Source of the DNA: Escherichia phage McMelon
Strand: one strand, 5' to 3'
Sequence record: OR896838.1
DNA: 44,740 bases
Numbering within the stretch: the first letter of the stretch is position 1; each line of letters starts with the position of its first letter. Below are positions 26,784 through 35,879 of the stretch, piece by piece. Both the position numbers and the translations under genes were made by a program. The notes under the pieces are model-generated. The model was not told where the DNA came from. It saw only the letters and a program-made list of their open reading frames with translations, and did not search any database.

Positions 26784-27490
26784 TTTAAATTTTCCTCGTT
26801 AACCGCTATCGCGAAGCCGCGCGGGGTGAGTGAGCGGATTAATTTTGTACGAGCGGATTTACCACCGAGGCGACTATACTGCTTCGAGTACCCTTTTTCA
26901 ACGAAAACAGGTTTCTTCTCGGGCATACGGAAGCCGTTTCCAGTCCATAAGCAGGTCAGCTTCGGATATGAATCGCGGGCGTTGATGTATTCAGGGAAGA
27001 GCGGGTGTACGTCATCCTCTGGCAGATATCCGCCATACTCCCACGGGTCAAACGAGTGGTCCGGCTTACGCCACTGGGTGGAAAGCACGCTGCGCGGATT
27101 CTCAATCATATATGGCACTTCGAAGAAATCACCCAGGTAAGCTGCGATCTTCGCGGTGCGCACCGCCTTAAGCTGGAAGGCAGGGTCGCGGGCGCGTTTG
27201 CGCGGGAAAGCTGGCGCACCGCTAACCGCCAGATCCGTACACGGCGGGAATGCGTAAATGATATCCGGCGTGCCGAAATCGCCATTCATCGCGCGATCCA
27301 CGAAGTCCAGGTCGATAAACTCATTACGATAGCGAATGCCGCGACCATAAATCCGGTAGTCAAGGTAAGACCCGTGATCGGCTTCGGAGTAGTTGAAGCA
27401 ATAACACTTATGCCCCATCTCGGCGGCACGCTCAATCATCAAGCCGCTGCCGTCAAACAATGACCAGATTGTCATTTTAGCAATAGTCAT
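26780..27490 (-). CDS. C5-cytosine DNA methyltransferase-like protein (compact, apparently lacking target-recognition domain)
   Basis: 236 aa; motif I-like LFDGSG, motif IV-like FPPC (catalytic Pro-Cys), motif VI-like IENP; far shorter than typical C5-MTases. Confidence 0.55.
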   Translation of the reverse strand: MTIAKMTIWSLFDGSGLMIERAAEMGHKCYCFNYSEADHGSYLDYRIYGRGIRYRNEFIDLDFVDRAMNGDFGTPDIIYAFPPCTDLAVSGAPAFPRKRARDPAFQLKAVRTAKIAAYLGDFFEVPYMIENPRSVLSTQWRKPDHSFDPWEYGGYLPEDDVHPLFPEYINARDSYPKLTCLWTGNGFRMPEKKPVFVEKGYSKQYSRLGGKSARTKLIRSLTPRGFAIAVNEENLK

Positions 27491-28911
27491 TTGCGCGCCT
27501 TTTTAGCTTTCATATATTCCATCAAGTCGTCCTGTATATCTCGCTTACTGTCGCGACGCTCGGCGACCAATTCGTCCAGTGTCCCGCGAGCCTGGATAAT
27601 GTAGACGAATACCGGTCGAGGGTGTCCGGCCTGCATCTGGCGAACCGGCCCGATACGTTCAACGATCTGCGAAAAGTGCTCAAAGTTCCAGGTATCGGAG
27701 AATATTGCCAGGTGATGTCCGCCGTCCTGCAAGTTAAGGCCGTGGCCCGCCGATGCCGGGTGTGCAAACATGATGGGGATCTCGCCCCTGTTCCACGCTT
27801 CCATATCCTTATTGCCCTGCTTACCTTTACCCAACGCAACGCCGTGCGGAAATTTCTTCTTAAGACGTGCCAGGTCATGCTTATACTGATACGCAACGAG
27901 CAACGGCGCGCCGTTCAACTCCTCCACGATACTTTCCAGCGCGTCCAGTTTGGCGTCGTGAATCTTCACCCACTCGTCGGTCCTTTCGCCGTCTTCGTCC
28001 ACCTTATACACAGCGCCGGAAGCAAGCTGAAGGCACTTAATTGTCTTCGATGCCGCGTTCGCCGCTTCCACAGTCCCGCTTTCCAGTTCGGCGAATAGCT
28101 CGCTTTCAAACTGGTCGTAAATCTTGCGGGCTTTCTTCGGCAGGTCCACAACAACAGGCGTATAGATTGGCTTGTCGCACCCGAAATATTCAGCCGCGTC
28201 AACGGTGAGGGATACATCTGACAGGCGTTGTTGTATTTCTTTCTCGGAGTTCTTTAGCGGGGCGTGCTGCATCGTGAAGCTGCCTGGCTTAACAGGCTTG
28301 CCAATAAACCAGCGATCGGTAAATGCCTTATAGCTACTGCCGAGGCGTTCGCCGCCGTCGACAAACCACGTCTGCCCCCATAAGTCTTTCAAGCCATTTG
28401 GCGCGGGTGTGCCGGTAAGGTTAATCCAGCGCTTGACGTGTTTATGTGCAATCGCTGCCAGTGCGCGGGCGCGCTTACTCCCCTGCTTACTCCTGTAGCC
28501 TTTCAGCTTAGTGGATTCATCGGCAACAACGACCGTAAAAGGCCACTCGTCGCCGCAATACTCGACAAGCCACTCAACCACATCATAGTTGACGCAAACC
28601 ACGTTAGCGTTGCTCTCAAGCGCTGCAATGCGGTCCTTCTCTGGTCCGGTGCCGTCTACTACCAGCAGGGCGGGGAATCTCCATTTTTCTTGTTCCGGGG
28701 GCCACGTACCAGACGCAACGCGAAGCGGGGCCAGCACCAGTACGCGGTCCTCCTGGTTGGACAGGATGCCAGTCTGGAACATTTTGTTGAGCGCCCACAT
28801 AGTCGCGCCGGTTTTGCCGGATCCCATTGTCGCCCAAATATTGCAACGCTCATGCTTAAGAATAAACGCGGTTATCAACTTCTGATATTCGCGACGTCGG
28901 AATCGTGCCAT
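27487..28911 (-). CDS. SNF2-family (DEAD/DEAH-like) helicase
   Basis: 474 aa; Walker A MGSGKT, DEST(K) box, C-terminal helicase motifs. Confidence 0.8.
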   Translation of the reverse strand: MARFRRREYQKLITAFILKHERCNIWATMGSGKTGATMWALNKMFQTGILSNQEDRVLVLAPLRVASGTWPPEQEKWRFPALLVVDGTGPEKDRIAALESNANVVCVNYDVVEWLVEYCGDEWPFTVVVADESTKLKGYRSKQGSKRARALAAIAHKHVKRWINLTGTPAPNGLKDLWGQTWFVDGGERLGSSYKAFTDRWFIGKPVKPGSFTMQHAPLKNSEKEIQQRLSDVSLTVDAAEYFGCDKPIYTPVVVDLPKKARKIYDQFESELFAELESGTVEAANAASKTIKCLQLASGAVYKVDEDGERTDEWVKIHDAKLDALESIVEELNGAPLLVAYQYKHDLARLKKKFPHGVALGKGKQGNKDMEAWNRGEIPIMFAHPASAGHGLNLQDGGHHLAIFSDTWNFEHFSQIVERIGPVRQMQAGHPRPVFVYIIQARGTLDELVAERRDSKRDIQDDLMEYMKAKKARK

Positions 28912-28915
28912 ATCT

Positions 28916-29140
28916 TTATTCCGCCTTTTTCCAGACTTCAGTCTTACTGTTCCAATTCCTCTTTGTGGCGTCGTAGTTGGTGTCGTGCCCGATATGCACG
29001 CCGGTCGAGCGGAAGCTCTTAAACTTCTGCCAGCACACCGTCAACGGCAGCGGGTCATTCATGCCTGCGATAAACCATACGCGATCACCTGGTTTGCATT
29101 CGCCCAGCTTGGTTAGTCGGTAATGTTCTTTCATCGTCAT
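28916..29140 (-). CDS. hypothetical protein
   Basis: 74 aa ORF between helicase and Zn-ribbon genes. Confidence 0.4.
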   Translation of the reverse strand: MTMKEHYRLTKLGECKPGDRVWFIAGMNDPLPLTVCWQKFKSFRSTGVHIGHDTNYDATKRNWNSKTEVWKKAE

Positions 29141-29176
29141 GTCTCCGAAAAGGGCGGGACAAGCCCGCCGTATTGA

Positions 29177-29350
29177 TTATTCTTGTTCTGCGCGGTAGCG
29201 GCGCTGCCGTTCGCGCTCTTTCTTATTGCGGCACGATTTGCACTCGGCCCGATGACCGTCTGGACTGCGCGCGGTCTTGCCGGTGTATTTGTGGAACTGG
29301 GATAGCGGCTTGATGCATCCGCAATTACTACAACGTTTTTCTTCAATCAT
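29177..29350 (-). CDS. small Cys4 zinc-ribbon protein
   Basis: 57 aa from ATG with GAGGA RBS; CSNCGC...(about 20 aa)...CKSC followed by basic tail KKERERQRRYR. Confidence 0.4.
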   Translation of the reverse strand: MIEEKRCSNCGCIKPLSQFHKYTGKTARSPDGHRAECKSCRNKKERERQRRYRAEQE

Positions 29351-29390
29351 TTCTAAAATCCTCGACAGGGCTAACCGGCACACTATACCG

Positions 29391-29669
29391 CTACGCGACC
29401 AATTCAGCAACCAATAAATCGCAATCGGCTATGTTGTCAATAACGCGAACGTCAGCCCCGCGGCGGGCCATTCGCTCATGTTCTCGCACCTGGTGCGGCT
29501 TCGGTTTTCCACCGGGGCGCTTCACTTCGACGAATACTACGATGCCGTTGATGATAATAATCAGGTCGGGCGCACCTGCGCGCCCCTCCCATGCCAGTTT
29601 GCGGCAGAATCCGCCAACCTCTTTCACCCGTCGCATCAGGTGACTTTGTATCTTGCCTTCTGGAGTCAT
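29391..29669 (-). CDS. VRR-NUC domain nuclease
   Basis: 92 aa; PD-(D/E)XK-like core GAPDLIIII...VEVK typical of VRR-NUC. Confidence 0.65.
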   Translation of the reverse strand: MTPEGKIQSHLMRRVKEVGGFCRKLAWEGRAGAPDLIIIINGIVVFVEVKRPGGKPKPHQVREHERMARRGADVRVIDNIADCDLLVAELVA

Positions 29670-29857
29670 TTGGTTTGCAACTCCACGTTACGCAGACGGA
29701 GGTCTACCGGTATGTCAGATCGACCGGTTAGCGCCAGCGCCAGGTTTTCAGGCGTGACAAGTGCCGTAATGGTCTTGCCACGTTCCAGTCTAAGGACGAT
29801 GCGAATCTCGTCATCGTCCGTCGCGCCAGCGCGCATTATGCTTAATTCTGCTTTCAT
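29666..29857 (-). CDS. hypothetical protein
   Basis: 63 aa from internal ATG with AGGAAG RBS; coupled to flanking genes. Confidence 0.35.
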   Translation of the reverse strand: MKAELSIMRAGATDDDEIRIVLRLERGKTITALVTPENLALALTGRSDIPVDLRLRNVELQTK

Positions 29858-29861
29858 AATC

Positions 29862-32153
29862 TTACTTCCTGTACCGGTACATGATGTCGCCTTCGGCGGC
29901 AAGTGGGAAACCTTTCGCCCATATAGGCAGGTCGCACATCAGCGCGCAAAGCTCATCGGTCGTGTAGTCGTCGGTGTCTGGCACTTCGGTGATCAATTCA
30001 TCGTGCACTGACAGGACGATTTCATAGCCCGCAGCCTCAACGCCAGGCATGGACCATGCGAGAATATCGCGGCACAACGCCTGTACGATGTTCTCCGTAA
30101 GTTTGCCGCCGTAGGTGTACTGGAATCCCCACTGGCGCGTCGTCTGATTCTCGCCCTGGTATTTGATGCGGGTGCTGGTGCGCTTCTTGCCGGTGTCTTC
30201 GTCGATCTCGGTAGTGACAGACAGCGCGATGCCGGGGTAGCTCATGATGCGCCCTGACGGCAACTCAACCTTCAGCCACCGGCCCGCCGCGTTCGGGTCG
30301 TCGCGCTCATCGTCGAATGTCGGGTCGTGCTTCGCCTTCGTGCGAACAATTTTGAGCGCTTTCTTGCCATCAGGGCGAACGTTCGCGCCAGCCCAGTATG
30401 CCTTACCCGGATTACGGATCGCACATAACACCGCTTCCTCAAGCTCGGCCCAAAAGGCTACGGTCTTCGGGTGAGACTCACGCCACATACGTTTGATCGC
30501 GTCGCATGTCAACCACACGTTTTTAGGCAGTATGTAGGTTGGGCGCTCGTCTTTCTTGCCAGGCTTCGGCGGGCGCTTCGCTTCGTTGATGCGGGCAAAC
30601 TCATAACCGCGTTTAGCCGCCGCCCAAATGTGATCCGGGAATGTCCCCTTCATGACGTCCGCCATTGCGTACAGGTCGAGGCCCAGGTTTTTAGCGAACT
30701 GCAAGAACGCCGCGACGCCGCCACCATAGCCCAGCCCCAATTCGCACGCCTTACCGATCTGGCGCAAGTCTTTGCGGTTGGCTTTAATGTAGTCCGGGTC
30801 AAGGCCAAACATCTTACCGGCAGTCTCACAATAGATATCGCGACCGGCCTTAAACACCATTAGCGCGGTTTTCTCGCCTGCGATCCAGGCAAGTCCACGC
30901 CCTTCCACGTTGGAGTAGTCCGCTACGACAAACTTCTTGCCCTTAGCCGGGATAATGCACCCGCGAACGGTCGAGGCTGTTAGCTTAGATATGTCATACG
31001 CCCAGTGCGCGGTCCCGCGTAACAGGGAATTGATGCCGTTGGTGAGCATGTGCGACCGGACCCAAAAAGCAACGTCGCTCTCGCCTTCGCGGCGCTTAAT
31101 CTTCCCTTCGTGATCGTCGCTATACTCGCCGCGTGCCAGGTTTTGAGGCTGGAAGCCTTTACCCGCCCAGCGCAGCGTGCGCTTTGCGCCACCATACTGA
31201 AGACACCCACGGCGGCGACCGTCAGCAGACAGGCCATTAACGAGCGGATTGTACTTAGTCGATGCCGTTGATGACGCACCGAGGCGCATTTCGATAAGCG
31301 CTTTGCCTTCGTCGGGGAAGTCCGGGTCTTCAAGCAGGTCGTTAAGTGTGGATTTCTGCGCGTTGTGGATCGTGAACGCCGGGGCGATATCACGCAGGAT
31401 TGGCAGGAAGTCATTGCCGGTCAGCTTACCGCCAAATCGCTCCCAGGCTTCCTCCTTCAATTCTTCCTTATGCGCCTGCACCGCTTTGATCGCGGCGTTC
31501 GCCAGGTCAACGTCCACATAGAAGCCGCGGTCGTTGATCAACTGGTCAATAAGCAGTATCTCGTCTTCCTTCGGAGTATTACCCCAGTCCGGTATGCGCC
31601 AGTAGACCTCACGCATCGCGATAATATCCAGCGCTGCATATCGCAGAAATTTGGCCCATTCTTCAGGGTGAGTCTCGCGCGTGTAGCGGCGTATTTTGTA
31701 GGTCTTAGGGGTAGGCTTACAGAATCGTTTGATCAGCGCCTTGCCTGCCTTATCCTTCGCGTGCTCTGCGTCAACGCCCAACACCTGACACTGCATATCG
31801 AGGCTACCCGGCAGCGCGTGGCGAAAGGCCATAATCATTGTGTCTTCGATCTGGCTTACCGGCAGGTCAATACCCCACTTCTCGCGGATAACCAGGCGGT
31901 CAAACAGGAGGCCGTTAGCCATCACTATTTTTGCTTTCTTGCGGGAAACATGGCGGAGCGCCTTGCGCAGTTCACGCGGCATTGTGGGGGATTCAGTGCA
32001 ATCCCATGTCTGCACGCGGCCCTCGTCGATGGCGTATGTGCAAATCATAATCTCGGTGGTTGGGTGCTCTGCGTAGGCGTACGCCCCAACCTTCTTTAGG
32101 TCCACCCCGCTAAATGTCTCGGTGTCGAGAAACAGACGTTCGAAGTCTTTCAT
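29862..32153 (-). CDS. DNA polymerase I (family A) with N-terminal 3'-5' exonuclease domain
   Basis: 763 aa; N-terminal exo motif LFLDTETF; polymerase motif C VHDELITEV. Confidence 0.9.
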   Translation of the reverse strand: MKDFERLFLDTETFSGVDLKKVGAYAYAEHPTTEIMICTYAIDEGRVQTWDCTESPTMPRELRKALRHVSRKKAKIVMANGLLFDRLVIREKWGIDLPVSQIEDTMIMAFRHALPGSLDMQCQVLGVDAEHAKDKAGKALIKRFCKPTPKTYKIRRYTRETHPEEWAKFLRYAALDIIAMREVYWRIPDWGNTPKEDEILLIDQLINDRGFYVDVDLANAAIKAVQAHKEELKEEAWERFGGKLTGNDFLPILRDIAPAFTIHNAQKSTLNDLLEDPDFPDEGKALIEMRLGASSTASTKYNPLVNGLSADGRRRGCLQYGGAKRTLRWAGKGFQPQNLARGEYSDDHEGKIKRREGESDVAFWVRSHMLTNGINSLLRGTAHWAYDISKLTASTVRGCIIPAKGKKFVVADYSNVEGRGLAWIAGEKTALMVFKAGRDIYCETAGKMFGLDPDYIKANRKDLRQIGKACELGLGYGGGVAAFLQFAKNLGLDLYAMADVMKGTFPDHIWAAAKRGYEFARINEAKRPPKPGKKDERPTYILPKNVWLTCDAIKRMWRESHPKTVAFWAELEEAVLCAIRNPGKAYWAGANVRPDGKKALKIVRTKAKHDPTFDDERDDPNAAGRWLKVELPSGRIMSYPGIALSVTTEIDEDTGKKRTSTRIKYQGENQTTRQWGFQYTYGGKLTENIVQALCRDILAWSMPGVEAAGYEIVLSVHDELITEVPDTDDYTTDELCALMCDLPIWAKGFPLAAEGDIMYRYRK

Positions 32154-32320
32154 TGCTTTATCCTCACTACGGCGTCAGCGCTGCCGATCATGGAGAAGAT
32201 GCCGTCTGACAGGGCAATCTCTTCGCCGTTGTTGCGAATCTCGGCAACTGTGAAATATTCCCCCAGTAGCTTAGACCATACCCGCATTCCGACTTTTACT
32301 TCGCTGGCTTTAATACGCAT
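32150..32320 (-). CDS. small hypothetical protein
   Basis: 56 aa ORF not in the track (below 60 aa); its TGA overlaps the polymerase ATG (ATGA), suggesting translational coupling. Confidence 0.35.
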   Translation of the reverse strand: MRIKASEVKVGMRVWSKLLGEYFTVAEIRNNGEEIALSDGIFSMIGSADAVVRIKQ

Positions 32321-32329
32321 TTTTCATTG

Positions 32330-32362
32330 TCCTATTAAAAAGCCCGCATTAAGCGGGCTTGA
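32330..32362 (-). terminator. putative terminator after SSB-like gene
   Basis: AAGCCCGC-ttaat-GCGGGCTT hairpin followed on the minus strand by TTTAATAGG. Confidence 0.5.
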
Positions 32363-32378
32363 ATAGTGGGCTTTGCCC

Positions 32379-33158
32379 TTAACGGCGGCGACGTTTACGT
32401 GGCGCTTCGTCTTCGTCGTCGTCCTCATCTTCGTCATCGCGTGGCTTACGACGTTTGCGAGGTTTTTCATCTTCCTCATCGTCGTCGTCATCGCGGCGCT
32501 TGGATTTCTTGGACTTGCGCGGCTTGTCATCTTCATCATCGTCATCACGACGTTTTGACTTTTTGGACTTGCGCGGTGCTTCGTCTTCGTCGTTGTCCAG
32601 GTCTTCATCGGAGCAAGACGACCCGCCACCTCCGAAAGCTTCGCCGTCTTCACGGAATCGCAGACCCAGCAAGCCAGCCCCGAGACCCTTGCCGTTGGTA
32701 TTGTTCCACGCCCAAATATCCAGGGACACATTGCAATAACAACCGGAGTAGATCTCCTGGCCTTCGATCTCGTCGCCTTCTACGGTCAGACCTTGTTCCG
32801 TCTGCTTCTCTCCGAGTGACGTTTGAATGATCGGCTGTTTGAACGATTTGGCGTTGATGTACAACATGCCTTCGAATTCTTCGGTTACTTCGTCGCGCTC
32901 GTCACCGTCGCGAACTGCGCATTCCTTAGAATCCTGGGCGTAGTGGCGGTCCATCCACTTATCGGCATTCTTCTCGGATTTCAGCTTATCGGTGAGCACT
33001 GCGCGCGCTGCCGCTTCCACTTTGTCCACCTGCGGATCTTCTTTATCCAGAAGAATAACGGCACGGTATGCCGGTTTTTGACCATCCTGTTTAGGGGTAT
33101 CACGTTCCCAAATTTTAAGGAAGCATACGCGCACATTTTTCAGGTTGACTTTAGCCAT
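32379..33158 (-). CDS. single-stranded DNA-binding protein (T7 gp2.5 / DUF2815-like) with C-terminal acidic/basic repeat tail
   Basis: N-terminus MAKVNLKNVRVCF typical of gp2.5-like SSBs; C-terminus has about 3 tandem repeats of KPRKSKKSKRRDDDD(E/D) encoded by about 60-bp DNA repeats. Confidence 0.55.
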   Translation of the reverse strand: MAKVNLKNVRVCFLKIWERDTPKQDGQKPAYRAVILLDKEDPQVDKVEAAARAVLTDKLKSEKNADKWMDRHYAQDSKECAVRDGDERDEVTEEFEGMLYINAKSFKQPIIQTSLGEKQTEQGLTVEGDEIEGQEIYSGCYCNVSLDIWAWNNTNGKGLGAGLLGLRFREDGEAFGGGGSSCSDEDLDNDEDEAPRKSKKSKRRDDDDEDDKPRKSKKSKRRDDDDDEEDEKPRKRRKPRDDEDEDDDEDEAPRKRRRR

Positions 33159-33248
33159 TTTCCAATTCCTCATTTTCACATGTATCGGGGTTATTGGAGG
33201 CCACCCCGTTCGGCTTGGTTGCCAATTTACTTGGTTGCGCTTAAGCGG

Positions 33249-33491
33249 TCAAGCATTTTCATTAAAAAGATTTCTGGTCACGTAGTTGGTAGCGTTCTCG
33301 ATCCAGCTTAACGGCGGGCGGTCGATGTTCTTCTCCACCCAATCGACGGCAACTTCGCTATAGCCGTCATCCAGCCAGCGGGTCGGATGGCGAATCATCC
33401 ACGCCACCATTAACACGCCTTGCACGCAATGCAGGATAAAGCCCAGCGCTCCGAGCAAAAACATCAATAAGATTGCGAATACTTTATTCAT
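33249..33491 (-). CDS. small membrane protein
   Basis: 80 aa with two hydrophobic helices (ILLMFLLGALGFIL; LMVAWMI). Confidence 0.4.
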   Translation of the reverse strand: MNKVFAILLMFLLGALGFILHCVQGVLMVAWMIRHPTRWLDDGYSEVAVDWVEKNIDRPPLSWIENATNYVTRNLFNENA

Positions 33492-34881
33492 TGCTTAAGT
33501 CCTCGTCAGTAGCTTCCGACCACGCAGGGCGCGGGTCGTCGATTGGTGCTAACACCGGTTTGGCAGGTGCGCGCGTGATTTTATCACACAGCTTCGCCCA
33601 CACTTTCGGTTTTTCGTCCTTCAGTACCTTCTCGGCATCCGTAGGGCTGAGCAATGTTTCTTTGTACATCACATCGCGCTTGATCCGGGCCTTCGTGAAG
33701 ATTTCAATCACTTCGCTTTCGTCTGCCCACTTGCGAATCCCTTTCTTACCGGCAACCATCTTGAGGCCCAGCGATTCGCCATCGCCCGCCATAACCGCTT
33801 TGAATACCGCGGACTCGATAGCCTTGATGTGCTGGCGCATTGCGTCCAGACCCTCATATGCCTTGCGCAGTTCCGCCGCGCTCATAGCGCCTGGTGCCGC
33901 TTTTCTGGCTTCGCGGGCCATATTGCGGTCGTGATTGGCGCATTCTTCCTCTGTCGCAATACTCACGTCGTCTCCCAGGTCTTCGTCTGTTGCCGTTGGT
34001 GGGGTCATCGTGTCGATTGCGGCCTTAGCGCGGGCGCTACACTGATCCGCAAATCTGCACCACTGACACGCATCAACGCTCGGTCGGAAGTCGGCACGGG
34101 TGAGTCCCTTCTTGCCGCGGGCGTACGCTTCCAGGGCGGCGATAGCACGCTTGGACGCAAACTTCGCGAATATCTCCAGCGCTTCCACTGTAATATCCCA
34201 CTCCGACGCCCCGCCGCAATACGGCTGGAAGATAACCAGGCGCACGGTCGTGATGTCGTACATGGATTGCAGCTTGCGCAGCAGGCCGAGCGCGTACAAC
34301 ATAAGCTGTTTGTTTTCTTTCGCCTCGACCTTATGCCGCCCGGTCTTCAGGTCGCCAACAATCAGCATGTACGTGCCGTCGGTCTTTTTCATGACCATGA
34401 CCATATCGGCAGTACCGAACGTTTTAATCCGGTTGCCGTCGATCTCGAAGCCAGAGTGTAGGACGCGGGTGAGATCGGCGCGCATCTCAAGCTGAACAAA
34501 CTCCGCCACTTCGAGGAGCGGTCGCCAGTGGTCTATGTACGCGTCGCACTGTTTCACCATGTCGTCGTTGACCAGTACGCCGCCTTTCGGTGCTTTCGGG
34601 TGCGCCTTTACCGGCCCCTTACCTTCGTTCTCGACGTAGCACCCTTTGTACGTTTTCGCGGTTATAAGCTTCTCACCGGCGATAATGCGGTTGAGCACGA
34701 CTTCCGATACTGTGTGCATACTCGTACCGTTAATAGCCGCTTGCCCGGATTCGTTCGGGATACCCTGTTCTACCACCAGGGCCGCGGGACACCCCATCCA
34801 TTTTTTAGCACCGGATGGCCCGAGTAATGAATGTTCCGTATTACTACCAGATTGTGTTTTGCGCTTCGGTTTAATCGCCAT
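33484..34881 (-). CDS. PD-(D/E)XK nuclease, DUF2800-like (Cas4-like exonuclease)
   Basis: 465 aa; nuclease core GDLKTG; C-terminal Cys cluster CQWCRFADQC; classic partner of DUF2815 SSB and Pol A. Confidence 0.7.
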   Translation of the reverse strand: MAIKPKRKTQSGSNTEHSLLGPSGAKKWMGCPAALVVEQGIPNESGQAAINGTSMHTVSEVVLNRIIAGEKLITAKTYKGCYVENEGKGPVKAHPKAPKGGVLVNDDMVKQCDAYIDHWRPLLEVAEFVQLEMRADLTRVLHSGFEIDGNRIKTFGTADMVMVMKKTDGTYMLIVGDLKTGRHKVEAKENKQLMLYALGLLRKLQSMYDITTVRLVIFQPYCGGASEWDITVEALEIFAKFASKRAIAALEAYARGKKGLTRADFRPSVDACQWCRFADQCSARAKAAIDTMTPPTATDEDLGDDVSIATEEECANHDRNMAREARKAAPGAMSAAELRKAYEGLDAMRQHIKAIESAVFKAVMAGDGESLGLKMVAGKKGIRKWADESEVIEIFTKARIKRDVMYKETLLSPTDAEKVLKDEKPKVWAKLCDKITRAPAKPVLAPIDDPRPAWSEATDEDLSNE

Positions 34882-35069
34882 TATTCCACCCTTGAAAATT
34901 GAGCAATGTAATAATCGTGTTCAACATTGGCCCGCTTCGCGGCATTGTTCATGGTAGCCGCCAGTCCTCGAGCTTGCATCCAGCAGCAATTCCAGTTTTG
35001 ATTCATAACGATTTCTGGTTGCTCGTCGCCGGTAATACGGCAACGAAATAAAACAAAGAATATAGCCAT
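34881..35069 (-). CDS. small hypothetical protein
   Basis: 62 aa; start abuts upstream stop (TAAATG) and its stop overlaps the downstream start (TAATG). Confidence 0.35.
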   Translation of the reverse strand: MAIFFVLFRCRITGDEQPEIVMNQNWNCCWMQARGLAATMNNAAKRANVEHDYYIAQFSRVE

Positions 35070-35321
35070 TTATTTTGTCTCCCAGCGGTCAATTGTTTTT
35101 GCTTCGGATGCAACTGCGAAGCGAACATATTCAAGATTGGAATCAGCCCAAATATAAAAGTCTGGATTAATAAAGGTGGTGCGCTTAATTTGCGCGGGAG
35201 TATTGCGGCGTTTATCTATTACGGCAACGCGTGACTGAAAGTTGCCGATGCGTTCGAATAGCCAATAATAAGGGCGTTGGTCGCGTGAATCCACCGCCTC
35301 GATTAGCGTGAAGCGTGCCAT
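35070..35321 (-). CDS. hypothetical protein
   Basis: 83 aa, RBS GAGGA. Confidence 0.45.
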   Translation of the reverse strand: MARFTLIEAVDSRDQRPYYWLFERIGNFQSRVAVIDKRRNTPAQIKRTTFINPDFYIWADSNLEYVRFAVASEAKTIDRWETK

Positions 35322-35330
35322 TGTCTCGTC

Positions 35331-35361
35331 CTCTAAAAAGAGGCCCGCAGATCAGCGGGCC
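35331..35361 (-). terminator. rho-independent terminator
   Basis: GGCCCGC-agatca-GCGGGCC hairpin followed on the minus strand by CTTTTTAGAG. Confidence 0.6.
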
Positions 35362-35369
35362 GGAATATA

Positions 35370-35879
35370 TTAATCTTCCAGTTCGAAATAGGTTTCGACG
35401 ATTTCTTTTAAATCTTTGTGGAAGTCTTCGACGTCGTCGTCTTCCAGCTTGGCGATTGATTTGATCTCGAACGCTTCCAGCAGGTCGTCAAATTCGTCGT
35501 TAGCATCGTCGTCATCGCCACCGGCGATAATCGCGGCGTACTGCTTGATCTCGTCGCGCATCTCTGCCAGCGGATCGGCATCTTTCTTCCCTTTGCCTTT
35601 CGCCGGAGCTTTTTTACCCTTCGCCGGTTTTTCGTCTTCGGCTTCTTCATCGTCGTCATCTTCTACGACTTCTTTTTTGGCCTTACCTTTAGCCGGGGAT
35701 TTTTTAGATTTAGCCGGTTTTTCGTCATCGTCGTCATCTTCGACAACTTCTTTTTTGGCCTTAGACGGCTTCTTATCTTCCTGTTTACCAACGGCAGCGC
35801 CAACGGTTTCATAATGCTTTGCAATGGTTTCCAGTGCTACTACGCCGCGAGTGATCAGGTTTACGATTTGCTCAAACAT
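35370..35879 (-). CDS. highly charged repeat protein (alternating poly-Lys and poly-Asp/Glu blocks)
   Basis: 170 aa from ATG with GGAGA RBS; internal tandem repeats KKEVVEDDDDxEKPAKxKKxPAKGK; the track ORF extends to 36059 but that region looks like a 5' leader. Confidence 0.5.
   Translation of the reverse strand: MFEQIVNLITRGVVALETIAKHYETVGAAVGKQEDKKPSKAKKEVVEDDDDDEKPAKSKKSPAKGKAKKEVVEDDDDEEAEDEKPAKGKKAPAKGKGKKDADPLAEMRDEIKQYAAIIAGGDDDDANDEFDDLLEAFEIKSIAKLEDDDVEDFHKDLKEIVETYFELED

Noticed and set aside
28438-29022. 194-aa plus-strand ORF antisense to the SNF2 helicase
   Set aside because: Shadow ORF inside a gene with clear helicase motifs.
29137-29346. 69-aa alternative-frame ORF overlapping the Zn-ribbon ORF
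   Set aside because: The Zn-ribbon frame has a clear RBS and Cys4 pattern; the alternative frame is Ala/Ser/Arg-rich with no start context.
31365-32099. 244-aa plus-strand ORF antisense to DNA polymerase
   Set aside because: Shadow ORF; polymerase motifs on the minus strand are unambiguous.
33829-34461. 210-aa plus-strand ORF antisense to the DUF2800-like nuclease
   Set aside because: Shadow ORF.
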